Source: a virus. Taken from it: a DNA stretch of 37,640 nt. This document shows, piece by piece, positions 36,569 to 37,640 of the stretch (the stretch's first letter is position 1; each line of letters begins with the position of its first letter). Position numbers and translations under genes: made by a program. The notes beneath the pieces were generated by a model. It saw nothing but the letters and a program-made list of their open reading frames with translations, ran no database searches and was not told the DNA's origin. The DNA is taken from IMG/VR virus record IMGVR_UViG_3300021256_000065, one strand, 5' to 3'.

Positions 36569-37640
36569 TTAATTTGTTTTCGAATAATATAGATTATTGT
36601 ATTTTGGGTCATACATGGTAGGTTCTTTTCCTGTAGTGACATAATAAGCAGCATTAATTCCTGCGTATTCACCCATTTCATTATAGCCAGTTTGATAAAA
36701 ATGAAATAAGTCTTTCATTAGACCCCTACTTTTAAAACTAGCCAATGTCGTTGTAACCATCACAATATCTTTATTTTCTTTAGCAAGTTCTGTTTGTTTT
36801 TCGATTACACGGCTATAATCTGTGCCTGTGCCATTATATTCTCCGATTCTGCAAAGAAAACATTTTTCAACACCAACAGCTTTTAATGCAGTAAACATTG
36901 TTTCAAAACTGGTTATATATGCTTCATCATCAGTAATTGTTGATGTATCTCCTTCGTGCTCACCTTGGCACCAAACTAAAAAGATATGTCGAATTGTATA
37001 CCCTCTCGATACAGCAAAATTTTTAGCAGAATTAAGTCTGCTAATAGCATCGTTTAAATATGGTGTATTCGGTTGCCATTCATTAATTCCAGAACCGCCT
37101 TTTGAAGCAGATACGGCAAGTACAGGAATATTACCATTGTTAGAATAATAAGCATTAACAAAGGCTGTGACCATCGAACCAGTTTTTAAATTACCATCAT
37201 CTATTCCATTACTGTTATTTTCTTTTACCCCAAAAGGTTCAATAATGGTGTCCATATATAAAGGGGCAGATATTGCTTTATATTCAAGTCCTGCATTAGG
37301 TAAAATAACGGGTGCGCTATCAGGCCATTGCTAATTTGTTATACCTCGTCCTGCCATATTTGATTGACCTGCAAACAAACATAAGTCAAAAACATTTGTT
37401 AATTTTATATTCGATATATCGCTGGTCAATGCTGCGCTGTGTTCACTTGGGTCGATGTTACTATTGTTGGTTTTTCTAATTTGAAAATAAAATGCGGTAC
37501 CCTTCTTAATATATACATCCGAAACCCAACCCTCAATACTAATTAAATCGGTTTTAGCAACTGGTGCTTCCGTGGAGGTAACTTTCATAACCGATAACTC
37601 ATATCCACTGTTAGCAGATAGATGCAAATCATAATCAACA
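36569..37640 (-). CDS. SGNH/SASA-family carbohydrate esterase (sialate-O-acetylesterase-like) with N-terminal beta-rich domain; at least 1 in-frame TAG; 5' end beyond the window
   Basis: GQSNMAGRG motif, then TAG at 37331-37333, then the in-frame continuation QWPDSAPV...LVWCQGEHEGD. TAA at 36569-36571. The frame stays open to the window edge. Confidence 0.55.

Overview
This window is an AT-rich phage or phage-like region that reads in three parts. Positions 1-8000 hold many small plus-strand genes. Each is driven by a near-consensus sigma-70 promoter (TTGACA, 17 bp, TATAAT), has a strong Shine-Dalgarno site and ends in a hairpin terminator. Conserved GCCCGGGCGCC palindromes and duplicated non-coding promoter units sit between them. 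Positions 8000-20000 hold a middle module: a possible origin region with an HTH protein, a SprT-like protease, DUF551 proteins and many small hypothetical proteins. These are driven by a second promoter class, an extended -10 (TGnTATAAT) followed by a conserved ACATAAGATAAAG leader. A phage-encoded sigma-70 family factor lies at 20295-21209. A dense tRNA array at about 20130-26600 carries roughly 21 tRNA or tRNA-like genes; one further tRNA-Lys lies outside it at 3904-3976. The array includes a canonical amber-suppressor tRNA with anticodon CTA at 23180-23253. It also includes a tRNA-Ala split by a roughly 480-bp insertion encoding a PD-(D/E)XK-like nuclease, and several tRNA-like genes with extra insertions. 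Positions 24400-37640 hold the late region: an SH3b/3D cell-wall enzyme, a vWA/DUF2828-like protein, two large structural proteins, a multidomain amidase-peptidase endolysin and an SGNH/SASA esterase. The central finding is that at least 12 genes, nearly all in the late, structural and lysis modules, are full of in-frame TAG codons. I count more than 40 in total, while these genes terminate with TAA or TGA. The early genes almost never contain TAG. Together with the tRNA(CTA), this indicates TAG stop-codon reassignment, with the suppressor supplied by the phage, for late genes. Coordinates of small features may be off by a few nucleotides.
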